A DNA stretch of 64,000 nt, from contig JAQUXC010000003.1 of NCBI GenBank assembly GCA_028692545.1, positions 47,827 through 111,826 on the forward strand. The letters are read 5' to 3'. Source of the DNA: Patescibacteria group bacterium (GTDB lineage Bacteria; Patescibacteriota; Patescibacteriia; UBA1558; S5-K13). The notes beneath the pieces are model-generated. The model made no database searches, was not told the DNA's origin, and saw only the letters and a program-made list of their open reading frames with translations. Numbering within the stretch: the stretch's first letter is position 1; the number at the start of each line of letters is the position of its first letter. The position numbers and the translations under genes were made by a program. Positions 32,468 through 42,264 of this stretch are shown piece by piece.

Positions 32468-33745
32468 TTAATTGTTAGTTTTTACCCCACTATCTAACTC
32501 ACTATTGTTTTGGTTATTTAATGAAGCGAATGGAGTGGTGGGGCAGATGAGTATTTTTCTTTTATCATTTACGTCTTGTTCTTGGACTATAAGTCCAGCA
32601 TTTTCTAACATCGGAATAATCTGTTGTCTGACAAGCCAATCTGCTAAAATTCTGCCAAAGATTTTTAGATGTCCCTGTGTTATTTCTCGTCTTGTTAGTC
32701 CGACTCTATCTTTAGCCTCCCATATTGGAAGTATCACCTCTTTATAAATTTGATAGATAAAAGGCGGTAGATTAAATTCTTGACTGTCAGAAATAGCATT
32801 CCAAACTTCAAAAGCATTATCTACATCTTCTTCGTTGGCTATTATTGTAGAGCCATCTTTTTGTCTATACCATAAATTTAACAATGCAAAGGCTTTTATT
32901 AGAGAGATAATTCTCCCAATATCTCTTTGGTTTCTAGGCTTTAATATTTTGTTTTCATTAAAAAACAGATTTTCTATTTTTTGAGGACAGCCAATTTTAA
33001 TATTGTCAATTTCTGCTAATCTAATAGCTTCAATTCTTTCTATAAGTAATTTACGTTTAGAATTATTTTCTAACGAAAAATTATAGAAACCACTGTCAGT
33101 CTCTTTTCTTATTTTTTGATGTATTGCTTCTTTGATTTTTTCTTTGTTAGTTTCTGGACTTAATAAAAGAAATCTTGTTGTTTCTTGTTCGTCTATTCTT
33201 AGCCCAGCTGTGCAAAAGATTACCGAAGGAAATCCTTTAAGAAATATATTTTTAGTTCTTAGTCCCGCTCTTTGAGATTTGTCAGTAATTTTTATACAGA
33301 TTTCTTTTTTATCGTGAGATAGTAGAGGTCTTAGATGTTGGAGTAGTAATGTGTGTGGTTGGTCAAGAAAAATTAAAATCTTTCTTGATAAATCCACTAT
33401 ATAGCCATTTTTCTCTTTGCTAAATTCGCCCACATCGTGAAAAAAAGCAGTTGGACTGCAATAGCCAACTTCAATAATATCTTCTTTTGGGAATAATTGA
33501 GCGATTTCAGTGGGTATATATGATTTACCAGTAGAGGACGGGGCATTGAAACTTATATTCAACTGGGAGCTTTCTGTATATGCCGATAATTCGCACAGAA
33601 AGGTTATTAGTTTGTTATTTTCATCTTTTTTGATAGTTATACCTAAAATATCAATTAACTCCTTAGGAGTAAGTATATTAAATTTAGGGGCATCTTTTTT
33701 TGACTCGATATTGTTTGGGTCATTTGTAATTGTAATATTTTCCAT
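32468..33745 (-). CDS. P-loop NTPase (putative replication helicase) with C-terminal winged helix
   Basis: Walker A-like APSSTGKS, LIFLDQ Walker B-like, ETTRF. Confidence 0.65.
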   Translation of the reverse strand: MENITITNDPNNIESKKDAPKFNILTPKELIDILGITIKKDENNKLITFLCELSAYTESSQLNISFNAPSSTGKSYIPTEIAQLFPKEDIIEVGYCSPTAFFHDVGEFSKEKNGYIVDLSRKILIFLDQPHTLLLQHLRPLLSHDKKEICIKITDKSQRAGLRTKNIFLKGFPSVIFCTAGLRIDEQETTRFLLLSPETNKEKIKEAIHQKIRKETDSGFYNFSLENNSKRKLLIERIEAIRLAEIDNIKIGCPQKIENLFFNENKILKPRNQRDIGRIISLIKAFALLNLWYRQKDGSTIIANEEDVDNAFEVWNAISDSQEFNLPPFIYQIYKEVILPIWEAKDRVGLTRREITQGHLKIFGRILADWLVRQQIIPMLENAGLIVQEQDVNDKRKILICPTTPFASLNNQNNSELDSGVKTNN

Positions 33746-33755
33746 ATTTTTAATG

Positions 33756-33965
33756 TTAACTTTTATTAGGGTTGTTTGGGGCGTAAATCTCTTTACGGCG
33801 TTCTTGAACTTGATTATATTCTTCTTGCGTCATTGGTTTATAAACAAGCTTAATAAGTCGGATGAGTTTTATTCCCTGTTCGTATGCTTCTTCTCGGCTA
33901 ATATCCTTACCGAAACGATTTTTATAAAGCATTTGATATTTTGTTATTTGCTCATCTGACAACAT
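33756..33965 (-). CDS. Small hypothetical protein
   Basis: 69 aa, tightly coupled in the operon. Confidence 0.65.
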   Translation of the reverse strand: MLSDEQITKYQMLYKNRFGKDISREEAYEQGIKLIRLIKLVYKPMTQEEYNQVQERRKEIYAPNNPNKS

Positions 33966-33969
33966 AGTT

Positions 33970-34269
33970 TTATTCCGAATAAATTCTATTTTTTAACATT
34001 TTTGTGTTGTCAAAAAATGTCCTTGCTTTGACCTCTAATTTATTTGCCCAATATTTGTCTGCCATCAATTCAATACCCTTTTCTAAAATAAATATAAATT
34101 GAACCTTTTTGATATTAGATTTATTTAAAGACACAAGCTTAAAACCAACACTTATAAGTGCGGAACTACACCCCAAATCCGTAGTAAAAAAATATCTATT
34201 TTTACTATCTAGAGGCATATATTCAAATTCTCTAATCTGTTTTTTTTGTAATATTTTTTTCATAATCAT
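33970..34269 (-). CDS. DUF5659-like small protein
   Basis: F.T.DL..S.AL...GF.L......V.F.F.....YW...L.V pattern. Confidence 0.55.
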   Translation of the reverse strand: MIMKKILQKKQIREFEYMPLDSKNRYFFTTDLGCSSALISVGFKLVSLNKSNIKKVQFIFILEKGIELMADKYWANKLEVKARTFFDNTKMLKNRIYSE

Positions 34270-34306
34270 TTTTAGTTAATTAAATAGTTCTAAAATATTT
34301 AATCAA

Positions 34307-34574
34307 TAAAAAAACCGATAGTCGTCCTATCGGTGAAAGTTGATTATGAATAATAAAAAAAGCCAAAACAACAAACACCAGTTCGGGACGAACTGTTATC
34401 TATTGTCTTGGCTCATTTAGCTACCCATTAAGGGGTAGATTACCTAAATAGTCTCAACAAGGCTTGCATTATATCAAACCCTTTTAAATGGGTGAGCTAT
34501 ATAATTTAAGCTATCTTATCGATTTTTTAATGAACTTATATTTAAAATATAATCTATCTAATATTTTATGTCAA
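34307..34574 (-). promoter_or_regulatory. Promoter and structured leader with two tandem terminators
   Basis: TTGACA (34574-34569), 17 bp, TATATT; stems 34418-34499, 34361-34413 (+U-run) and 34314-34334 (+U-run). Confidence 0.65.
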
Positions 34575-34578
34575 GTCT

Positions 34579-35424
34579 TTATTTTTTGTTTATTAAAAAT
34601 TTAATCACACCTTGTTTATTTATAGAGAAGTAATTCTCTTTTCTGCATTTGTAGCATACTTTGAATTTATTGATACGAAAGTTATTTAAGTAATCTGATA
34701 TTTGTTTTTCATTATTAAGTTTTTCTTTAAGAAAGTGTTTGCATTCGGCACATCTCCAATCTACTTCAGGATTGTTTTTTAATAATAGTTTAATTTTCCC
34801 AACCTGTGGTGTAATAATTTCCTTGCGGATATTATTATTTAAATTTTCTAGAACTGACACATTTAAAATTATAAATTTTGTAGGAACTTCTGATATGCCT
34901 AAAATCTGTGGTCTTTTTGTTTCCCCAAATTCAACATCTGGTTCGTTTTTATATAATATTTTTATAGCTCCAGAGTAATCGGCTAACCATAAACAAATTT
35001 CTTTATACTTATTTCCTATATTAGCAAAGTCTATTGCCCCTTTGGACGTTTTAAATTTTAAAATCAAAGTCAATGTTTCAAGAATATAATTACGTCCATT
35101 TTGTCCACTATATTTTTTAAGTAATCCGTAATATTTATTTTTTGATATTTTTATAAATTTATCTAATTCTTTTTTATTATAAGAAAGATGAATGTATTTA
35201 AGATTATAGGTGTCGTATTTATCGTCTTCATCTTCAAATTTTATCAGTTTTCTTTCTTCAAGTCTTTTTAGTATATCTACAATTTCATCAATTGTCAGTT
35301 TCGGAAAGTCTTTTGGTTCTATGGTTATGGTATTCAAAAACTTTTTTTCATCCCTGTTTATTATTAGAAGTAATTTTTCTGCAATTAGTAGGTTTTTATT
35401 TTTTGTATCTATTCCTTTTGGCAT
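34579..35424 (-). CDS. Hypothetical protein, N-terminal wHTH-like region and C-terminal CxxC...CxxC
   Basis: CAEC ... CYKC; 281 aa. Confidence 0.6.
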   Translation of the reverse strand: MPKGIDTKNKNLLIAEKLLLIINRDEKKFLNTITIEPKDFPKLTIDEIVDILKRLEERKLIKFEDEDDKYDTYNLKYIHLSYNKKELDKFIKISKNKYYGLLKKYSGQNGRNYILETLTLILKFKTSKGAIDFANIGNKYKEICLWLADYSGAIKILYKNEPDVEFGETKRPQILGISEVPTKFIILNVSVLENLNNNIRKEIITPQVGKIKLLLKNNPEVDWRCAECKHFLKEKLNNEKQISDYLNNFRINKFKVCYKCRKENYFSINKQGVIKFLINKK

Positions 35425-35606
35425 AATTTTGTAATTATAATTTTAATATTGCAGGTAGATTTTATCTCCTGTATAATAAATACTATCAAATGTTAAGTAT
35501 TAAATCAAAACAGAGAAAATGAGAAATAGGCATAAAACACTAGGTTTTAATGCCGATTATTTTACAATTTAATCGCCTAACCCTTATGAAGTAAAATTCT
35601 AAGGTA

Positions 35607-35751
35607 TGGTATAAAACCCAACCACGATAGTAAGCTCCTCATCGAGCAACTCGTGGTTGGGTTATGCAGGGAAACTTGCATAGGTAGTCAGCAGTGATTA
35701 TCTGTTCGTGGGGAGCTTTTTGTTTCCTACGAAACTCAAAACCCAACCACA
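35607..35751 (+). ncRNA. Candidate switchable leader RNA of the type III mod gene
   Basis: Several alternative helices; AAAACCCAACCAC present twice; GAAA tetraloop hairpin. Confidence 0.65.
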
Positions 35752-37533
35752 ATGAAAAAATTACAATTACAATCTGCGGATAAACTTTCTGCAAAGAATG
35801 TTCATATTGAAGATTTCGAAAGCAAACAACAGAAATTGTTTCTCAAAGAAATTGAAAATCTTAAAAATGAAATTAAAAAACTTAAATCAAGAAAAAAATA
35901 CGGACTTGTATGGGAGGACAAACCAGAACAAGTTGTTGATATGTGTAAGGATAAATTACCTGTTCTAGTAGAGGAAAAAAATAAAGAAATTAAGGCCGAT
36001 AAAAACAAACCAATTGATATTTTAATTGAGGGCGATAACTATCACTCCCTTTCTGTTTTAAATTACACTCATAAGGGGAAAATAGATGTTATTTATATTG
36101 ACCCACCATACAATACTGGCAATAAAGATTTTATTTATAATGACCGTTATGTAGACAAAGAAGATAATTATCGTCATTCTAAGTGGCTCTCCTTTATGAA
36201 TAATAGGCTAAGGCTTGTAAAAAATTTATTAAAAGAAGATGGGTTAATTTTCATTAGTATTGATGACAACGAAGCTTCTCAACTTAAATTGTTATGCGAC
36301 GATATTTTTGGTGAACAGAACTTGCTGGATATTTTTTATTTACAAGTTAGATATGCAGGAAAATCACTTAATGAGAAAGACGATTTTCAAAAATTGATTG
36401 AACAAGTTTTAATTTATGCAAAAAATAAACATAAATTTAAACCAAATAAACCCAGTGATATTTATTCACTTGCTAAGTTTAAGTTTAGGGTGGTTGAAAA
36501 AACTAGGGGTAAAAAAATAAAACTTGGAAATAAAGAAGTGGAGATATTTAAGAAAGGAGAATATGAGATTATTGAAGAAAAAGAAGAAAATATAAACCTA
36601 TTAAAAGCAACTTGGGCTAGCGGTAGTGTTCTTAAGGGAAATACTTCTGGAAAATTTTTTCATACTTATTTAGAGAATAGGAGAGACATAGATGGACTTG
36701 GAACTTTATATAAAGTATATGGAATTGGTGAAGATGGTATTGGCTATAGATATTTTACTGGTCCAAAGAAAAGCACAGCTACAAAGGGGATATTTTATAC
36801 AGGCATTCCAAATTTTAGAAGGACTGATATTGAAGGGGGAATAGATAGTCATAAAGAACGTCCAATAGTTAACTTTTATGATTATAGTGGGGATTTTGGC
36901 AATATAAGACACGAGGGAGCCGTTGATTTTAGGAGTGGTAAGAAACCAACTAAAATGCTTAAGGAACTTATTAACTTGAATGGGAACAAAAAATCTGTGG
37001 TTCTAGATTTTTTTGCAGGTTCTGGTTCTACTGGACACGCTGTTGAGATATTAAATAAAGAAGATGGAGGAGAACGCCAATTTATTCTCTGCACAAGTAA
37101 TGAAGGTGATGTTTGCACAAAAGTTTGTTATCCAAGAATTAAAAACGTATCTAAGGATTTCAATAATAATGTTAAGTATTTTAAAACTGATTTTGTAGAC
37201 GCAAAACAAACTGACCGTAATAAGAAAAAACTTATTGATAAATCTACAGAAATGCTTTGTTTAAAAGAGTCTTGTTTTAAATTAGTTAAGAAGGGTGAAA
37301 GTTTTAAGATTTTTACGAATAATAAAAATAAATATTTAGGTATAGTTTATGATGATACAGGAATTGAGTCATTTAAAAAAGAAGTTAATAAATTAAATAA
37401 GTCAATTATCACTTATATTTTTTCTCTCGACGATAGTGCTAGAGAGGAAGAATTTGAAAATATAAAAAGATTGGTTGAGTTAAAGCCCATACCAGTCGTT
37501 ATCCTTAATGTTTATAAAAGAATATTCAAATGA
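35752..37533 (+). CDS. Type III R-M methyltransferase (Mod, beta class)
   Basis: IEGDN, IYIDPPY, DFFAGSGSTGHA. Confidence 0.92.
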   Translation: MKKLQLQSADKLSAKNVHIEDFESKQQKLFLKEIENLKNEIKKLKSRKKYGLVWEDKPEQVVDMCKDKLPVLVEEKNKEIKADKNKPIDILIEGDNYHSLSVLNYTHKGKIDVIYIDPPYNTGNKDFIYNDRYVDKEDNYRHSKWLSFMNNRLRLVKNLLKEDGLIFISIDDNEASQLKLLCDDIFGEQNLLDIFYLQVRYAGKSLNEKDDFQKLIEQVLIYAKNKHKFKPNKPSDIYSLAKFKFRVVEKTRGKKIKLGNKEVEIFKKGEYEIIEEKEENINLLKATWASGSVLKGNTSGKFFHTYLENRRDIDGLGTLYKVYGIGEDGIGYRYFTGPKKSTATKGIFYTGIPNFRRTDIEGGIDSHKERPIVNFYDYSGDFGNIRHEGAVDFRSGKKPTKMLKELINLNGNKKSVVLDFFAGSGSTGHAVEILNKEDGGERQFILCTSNEGDVCTKVCYPRIKNVSKDFNNNVKYFKTDFVDAKQTDRNKKKLIDKSTEMLCLKESCFKLVKKGESFKIFTNNKNKYLGIVYDDTGIESFKKEVNKLNKSIITYIFSLDDSAREEEFENIKRLVELKPIPVVILNVYKRIFK

Positions 37534-39713
37534 TTAAATTAAAAGATTATCAAAAAGAGGCAGTAGAAAATTTACATCAAAAAATAGAAAAATCTTTAAA
37601 GTCTCCAGAAAGTGAAGTTGTAGTATTTCAAGCCCCAACTGGTTCTGGTAAAACAGTTATGGTTTCTGCTTTATTAAAAGAATTTGTAAGAAATAGGCAA
37701 GATAATAATAAATTTTCTTTTGTTTGGGTTTCTGTAAGAATGTTGCACGAACAAAGCAAAGAAAAACTAGAAAGCTATTATGAAGATGATGGGAATTTAA
37801 GATGTTCTTATTTTGAAGATTTAGAAGACCGTAAAATTGATGAAAATGAAATATTATTTATCAATTGGCACAGTATAAACAAAAAGGATATAAATATTTT
37901 TATAAAAGACAATGAAAAGGATAATAATTTAAGTAATATCATAAAGAATACTAAAGAAGACGGCAGATTTATTATTTTGATTATAGATGAAAGTCATCAT
38001 ACCGCAGGTGCAGAAAAATCAAAAGAGCTTATTGAGATTATTGGTCCCAAAATAACGCTAGAAGTTTCAGCGACACCACACTTAACAGAAAAAGTTTCGG
38101 AGATAGAAAAGGTTCGTTTGTCTGATGTTAAGGCAGAAGAAATGATTAAATCTGAAATATCAGTTAATCCAGAGTTCCTTAATATTAAAATTGGTTTAAA
38201 AAGTAGTGATGAGATAGTTATAGAGCAAGCTTTAAAGAAGAGAGAAGAGTTATTAAAGATGTATAAAAGGGAGGGTTCAAAAATAAATCCCTTAATGCTT
38301 ATTCAACTCCCAGATAATAAAAGTAATTTAGTGAGTAAAAAAGAGGGGGTGATAAAACTTTTAAATAAAAAAGGAATAACTGAAAAAAATGGAAAACTTG
38401 CCATCTGGTTATCTGAGGATAAATCTGATACTTTGCCAAACATTGAAAAAAATGATAATGAAGTTGAGGTCTTGATATTTAAACAAGCAATTGCTTTAGG
38501 TTGGGATTGTCCAAGAGCTTCGATTTTAGTGATTTTCAGAGAGTCAAAAAGTTTTACTTTTACAATCCAAACGATAGGTAGAATAATGAGAATGCCAGAG
38601 TTAAAATATTATTCAAAAGAACCAGAATTAAATGTTGGATATGTTTTTACAAATTTACCCAACATAGAAATTACGGAAGATTACGCAAAAGACTATATAA
38701 CTATTTATGAGTCAAAAAGAGATAGCAAGCTTTATAATAATATTTCTTTGCCATCAATTTATCTAAGAAGACAAAGAGAAAGAACTCGTTTATCTGGAGA
38801 ATTTGTGAAGATTTTTACAAAAATTACCGAAGCAAATAATTTTAAGAAACAAATAAATCTTAAGCCTTCAAAAATTATAAATCCTATAATAGCAGAGGGT
38901 AAAATTATCGATATTGATAAATCAGGTGAAATTGAACATAAAGGAATGCTTAAAGTATCTTTAGATGAAAAAGAATTACAAGACAAGTTTGATAGATTTA
39001 TAGTGCAAAATTGCACTCCTTATTCACCAGCGGACTCAAGCGATAGAATGAAAACGGCGATTTATCAATTTTTTAATAAGGAATTTAAATTTGATAAATA
39101 TGACTCTAAGGTTCAAAGAATGGTTTTAGGTAAAGAAAATATACAACTTTTTGTTAATATTCTTAATTTAGCTAAAGAAAAATATAAGAAAGAGGTTGTG
39201 GAGAAATTAAGTGAAAAAAGAGAACTACAAGCAATTTCTAATTGGGAGGTGCCAATATTTATAACTTATAATAGTAGATATAAAAAGGAAGAACAACCTA
39301 TTTCTGTTATGAAACCATTTTATGTTGCAACTCAAAGTGAGCCAGAAAGATTATTCATAGAGTTGCTTAATAATTCAAAAAAAATTAAGTGGTGGTATAA
39401 GAATGGTGAGGCAGAAATAAAATATTTTGCAATTTTAAGGTCTGATGATAGAGCATTTTATCCAGATTTTATAATTCAATTTAAAAACGGAACTATTGGA
39501 ATATTTGAGACTAAAAGTGGATTTACAGCGGGTGAAGACGCAAAAGAAAGAGCTGAAAGTTTGCAAAGATATATTAAGAAACAAAATAAGTCTGGTAAAA
39601 AAATTATTGGTGGTATAGCTATCTATGTCAATGGAACGTGGCGATACAATGATAATGATAAATATAAATACGACCCAAATAATTTAAGTGAGTGGAAAAT
39701 TTTGAGTTTGTAA
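37530..39713 (+). CDS. Type III R-M restriction subunit (Res)
   Basis: PTGSGKT, DESHH, SAT, GWDCPR, QTIGR; C-terminal YPDF...ETK; ATGA overlap with mod. Confidence 0.9.
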   Translation: MIKLKDYQKEAVENLHQKIEKSLKSPESEVVVFQAPTGSGKTVMVSALLKEFVRNRQDNNKFSFVWVSVRMLHEQSKEKLESYYEDDGNLRCSYFEDLEDRKIDENEILFINWHSINKKDINIFIKDNEKDNNLSNIIKNTKEDGRFIILIIDESHHTAGAEKSKELIEIIGPKITLEVSATPHLTEKVSEIEKVRLSDVKAEEMIKSEISVNPEFLNIKIGLKSSDEIVIEQALKKREELLKMYKREGSKINPLMLIQLPDNKSNLVSKKEGVIKLLNKKGITEKNGKLAIWLSEDKSDTLPNIEKNDNEVEVLIFKQAIALGWDCPRASILVIFRESKSFTFTIQTIGRIMRMPELKYYSKEPELNVGYVFTNLPNIEITEDYAKDYITIYESKRDSKLYNNISLPSIYLRRQRERTRLSGEFVKIFTKITEANNFKKQINLKPSKIINPIIAEGKIIDIDKSGEIEHKGMLKVSLDEKELQDKFDRFIVQNCTPYSPADSSDRMKTAIYQFFNKEFKFDKYDSKVQRMVLGKENIQLFVNILNLAKEKYKKEVVEKLSEKRELQAISNWEVPIFITYNSRYKKEEQPISVMKPFYVATQSEPERLFIELLNNSKKIKWWYKNGEAEIKYFAILRSDDRAFYPDFIIQFKNGTIGIFETKSGFTAGEDAKERAESLQRYIKKQNKSGKKIIGGIAIYVNGTWRYNDNDKYKYDPNNLSEWKILSL

Positions 39714-39717
39714 ATAT

Positions 39718-40188
39718 ATGAAAAAGCCACGAGAAATAATAACCGAAGATTTCGTTCAAAAGACCATAATAAAATATTTAGAATTAAAAGGGTGGGGTAA
39801 ATCGTTAAAGAGTTCTGAATTGTGGGAGCAGGGTGTTGATATAAAAGTTTGTAATAATCAATTTTCTAGATATTGGCTTATAGAAGCTAAGGGAGACCCA
39901 TCAATCAATGTAAAAAATCCAAGTGGAAGTCAAAGTAGTAGTTTTAATTCAGCTTTAGGGCAGATTATTACAAGAATGCACAGAAATGGTAAAAGAGGTT
40001 ATAAATATGGTTATAAATATGGTGTAGCTCTCCCAGTGTCATTTAGAAGTATGGTCATAAGAAAAATGTCTTTTGATGTAATGGATAAATTAAACCTTTA
40101 TCTATTTTTTGTTGATAGTCTTGGGAGAGTTGAAGAAATAAACTATAAGGATTTAAAAAATCTAAGAACAAAGAAAAATGGAAAATAA
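39718..40188 (+). CDS. Small PD-(D/E)XK nuclease-like protein
   Basis: E...GVDI...IEAKG ... ALGQ. Confidence 0.7.
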   Translation: MKKPREIITEDFVQKTIIKYLELKGWGKSLKSSELWEQGVDIKVCNNQFSRYWLIEAKGDPSINVKNPSGSQSSSFNSALGQIITRMHRNGKRGYKYGYKYGVALPVSFRSMVIRKMSFDVMDKLNLYLFFVDSLGRVEEINYKDLKNLRTKKNGK

Positions 40189-40372
40189 AAAATCATCAGA
40201 GTGGACTCAAGAAGAACGGGATAGGATAGTTGGTTGTTTTAGGATACTTATTGAAATGGATAAAAAACAAAATCCAGATTTATATAAACCAAGTATTTTA
40301 GAAGTAGAGGATAATTGATTGTATACAAGAATAAGTATATTATAAATAATATCAATTGAAGCCATAGAAAAT

Positions 40373-41479
40373 ATGCAAAAATCAAATAAAATCATAGGAA
40401 TAGTTTTAGTATCAGTATTATTGGTAGCTCTTATTTTCATTATAATTTTCAAAGAAAAGGATATAAAAAAGAATTATAATAATTTCCAAATAGAGTTAAA
40501 TAATAAAGATGAGAAGCAGGATATCTCTAAGAGTGAAATTGGTATTTTATACAATCAATATATTGCTGATACAGAAAATAAAGAAAATGAGTTAAAGTCA
40601 TTATTAAAGCAAGATAAAGATTTAAAATTTATTCCTATTGAAACACTGTATCAAAGTGAGCTAACGAATAATAATCCAAAGTATCCAACATTGAATTGCG
40701 GCAAAGAAAAAGTTGAATTTACATTTATTCCAGACCCATATAGAAAAGAGGCAACTGAAAATGTTATTTTTGAAGATGGGACAGGTATTCAAGTTATAAA
40801 CAAAGAAACCAATAAAATACTTCAACAAGAAAAAGTGTATGGCATTTTGGACATAGAGAAATTGAATTTCAACAATTTAGATTATTATATAACAAGTGAA
40901 TATACGGGTGGTGCCCATTGTTGTTTTGAAGAAAGAGTGATTGTTTGTAAAAATGGTAAATTTAATATTGGTGATGTTGTTAATTATGGCAGTAATGGTG
41001 AATTGGGAGATTTTTTTATAAAAAACAATCAGATTTATTTTACGAAATCAAATGGTAGATTTGATTATTTTAATCTTAGCTATACGTCATCTAGGGGAAT
41101 GGAGTATCTAGCCTTTTATAAGTTAGATACTAATTCTAATAAATTCATAGATGTTTCTAAAGAATTTCCAGATTATTATTCTAAATTAGCAAAACAACAA
41201 AATGATTGGCTAATTAAATTAAAAAAATATCAACCAAGTTTTTTTAGTGGAGCAGAAGAATTGTGGTATTACCCACTGATTAAAAGATTAACAGCTAATT
41301 ATTTATCTGGAGAAAGTAAAGAGATTTATGAAAAACAATTCTTAGATGATTTTAATTATTTTATAGATGGTTCTTCTGTTGATAAACAACATTTCTTATT
41401 TCCTATAGAAAAAAAAGATATTAAGAAGATATTTGATGATGCAATGAAAATTTTAATAGGAGAATATACAACAACATAG
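40373..41479 (+). CDS. Membrane-anchored hypothetical protein (GGAHCC motif)
   Basis: N-terminal TM, 368 aa. Confidence 0.65.
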   Translation: MQKSNKIIGIVLVSVLLVALIFIIIFKEKDIKKNYNNFQIELNNKDEKQDISKSEIGILYNQYIADTENKENELKSLLKQDKDLKFIPIETLYQSELTNNNPKYPTLNCGKEKVEFTFIPDPYRKEATENVIFEDGTGIQVINKETNKILQQEKVYGILDIEKLNFNNLDYYITSEYTGGAHCCFEERVIVCKNGKFNIGDVVNYGSNGELGDFFIKNNQIYFTKSNGRFDYFNLSYTSSRGMEYLAFYKLDTNSNKFIDVSKEFPDYYSKLAKQQNDWLIKLKKYQPSFFSGAEELWYYPLIKRLTANYLSGESKEIYEKQFLDDFNYFIDGSSVDKQHFLFPIEKKDIKKIFDDAMKILIGEYTTT

Positions 41480-41516
41480 GTGTTATTATGGGGTTATTGC
41501 TAGTGAGTATGCGGGT

Positions 41517-41558
41517 TGTGGATAACTTATTGACATTATTATTTATATGGTGTATATT
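41517..41558 (+). promoter_or_regulatory. DnaA-box-like 9-mer and sigma70 promoter
   Basis: TGTGGATAA (41517-41525); TTGACA (41530-41535), 17 bp, TATATT (41553-41558). Confidence 0.65.
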
Positions 41559-41564
41559 GTAAGT

Positions 41565-41630
41565 AATAAATCCTTATCATTTGCTTCGGCTATGATAAGC
41601 AACAAGAACCTTACGGCTCTTGTTTTTTAT
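41565..41630 (+). ncRNA. Candidate small RNA (UUCG hairpin plus terminator) upstream of the NYN gene
   Basis: cttatcat..gcTTCGgc..atgataag, then aacaagaacc-ttac-ggctcttgtt and a T-run. Confidence 0.55.
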
Positions 41631-41679
41631 TTAATGGGCTAGTATTATATATTCATACTATAATTTATCATTAAGCTGT

Positions 41680-42237
41680 ATGAACAATAAAAGAGTAGCT
41701 GTTTTTATAGACAATAGTAATGTTTTTGGAAATATGCGAGATTTGAAAAAATCAGGAATAAATTGGGTTTGTTTGTATGACCCAGAATTTTTAGCAAAAA
41801 AATTAGCTGGAAATAGAGAATTAGTGTATACAGGATTTTATTGCACTAGACCACCAGCATATCTTTTAAAGGGAAATAATGATGAAAAATATAAATTTAA
41901 TACTGCTAATAAATATTACAGCGAAATAGAAAAAAATCCTTCTGTATCCGTGAAATATGGAGACTTAAAGGGAACTAGAGGCAATCTAATAGAAAAAAAT
42001 TTAGATACTCAAATAAGCTCTGATATGGTAGAAATGGCGGCGTTTGATAAATATGACATCGCAATTATAGTTTCTAATGATGGGGATTATAAAAGTGCTA
42101 TTGAAAGCACTAAGAAATTTAATAAAAAAATAGAGGTTTTATTTTTTCAGGGTAGCTTATCTATGTCTTTAAGAAGTGTAAGTGATATAACAAGACGAGC
42201 TAGATGTTCTTATTTTGTGAAATTAGATGGTATGTAG
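41680..42237 (+). CDS. NYN (LabA/DUF88, PIN-like) domain ribonuclease
   Basis: FIDNSN, EK.LD, SNDGDY. Confidence 0.9.
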   Translation: MNNKRVAVFIDNSNVFGNMRDLKKSGINWVCLYDPEFLAKKLAGNRELVYTGFYCTRPPAYLLKGNNDEKYKFNTANKYYSEIEKNPSVSVKYGDLKGTRGNLIEKNLDTQISSDMVEMAAFDKYDIAIIVSNDGDYKSAIESTKKFNKKIEVLFFQGSLSMSLRSVSDITRRARCSYFVKLDGM

Positions 42238-42264
42238 AAATAGTGAGTAGAGTGGTGGGGTAAA

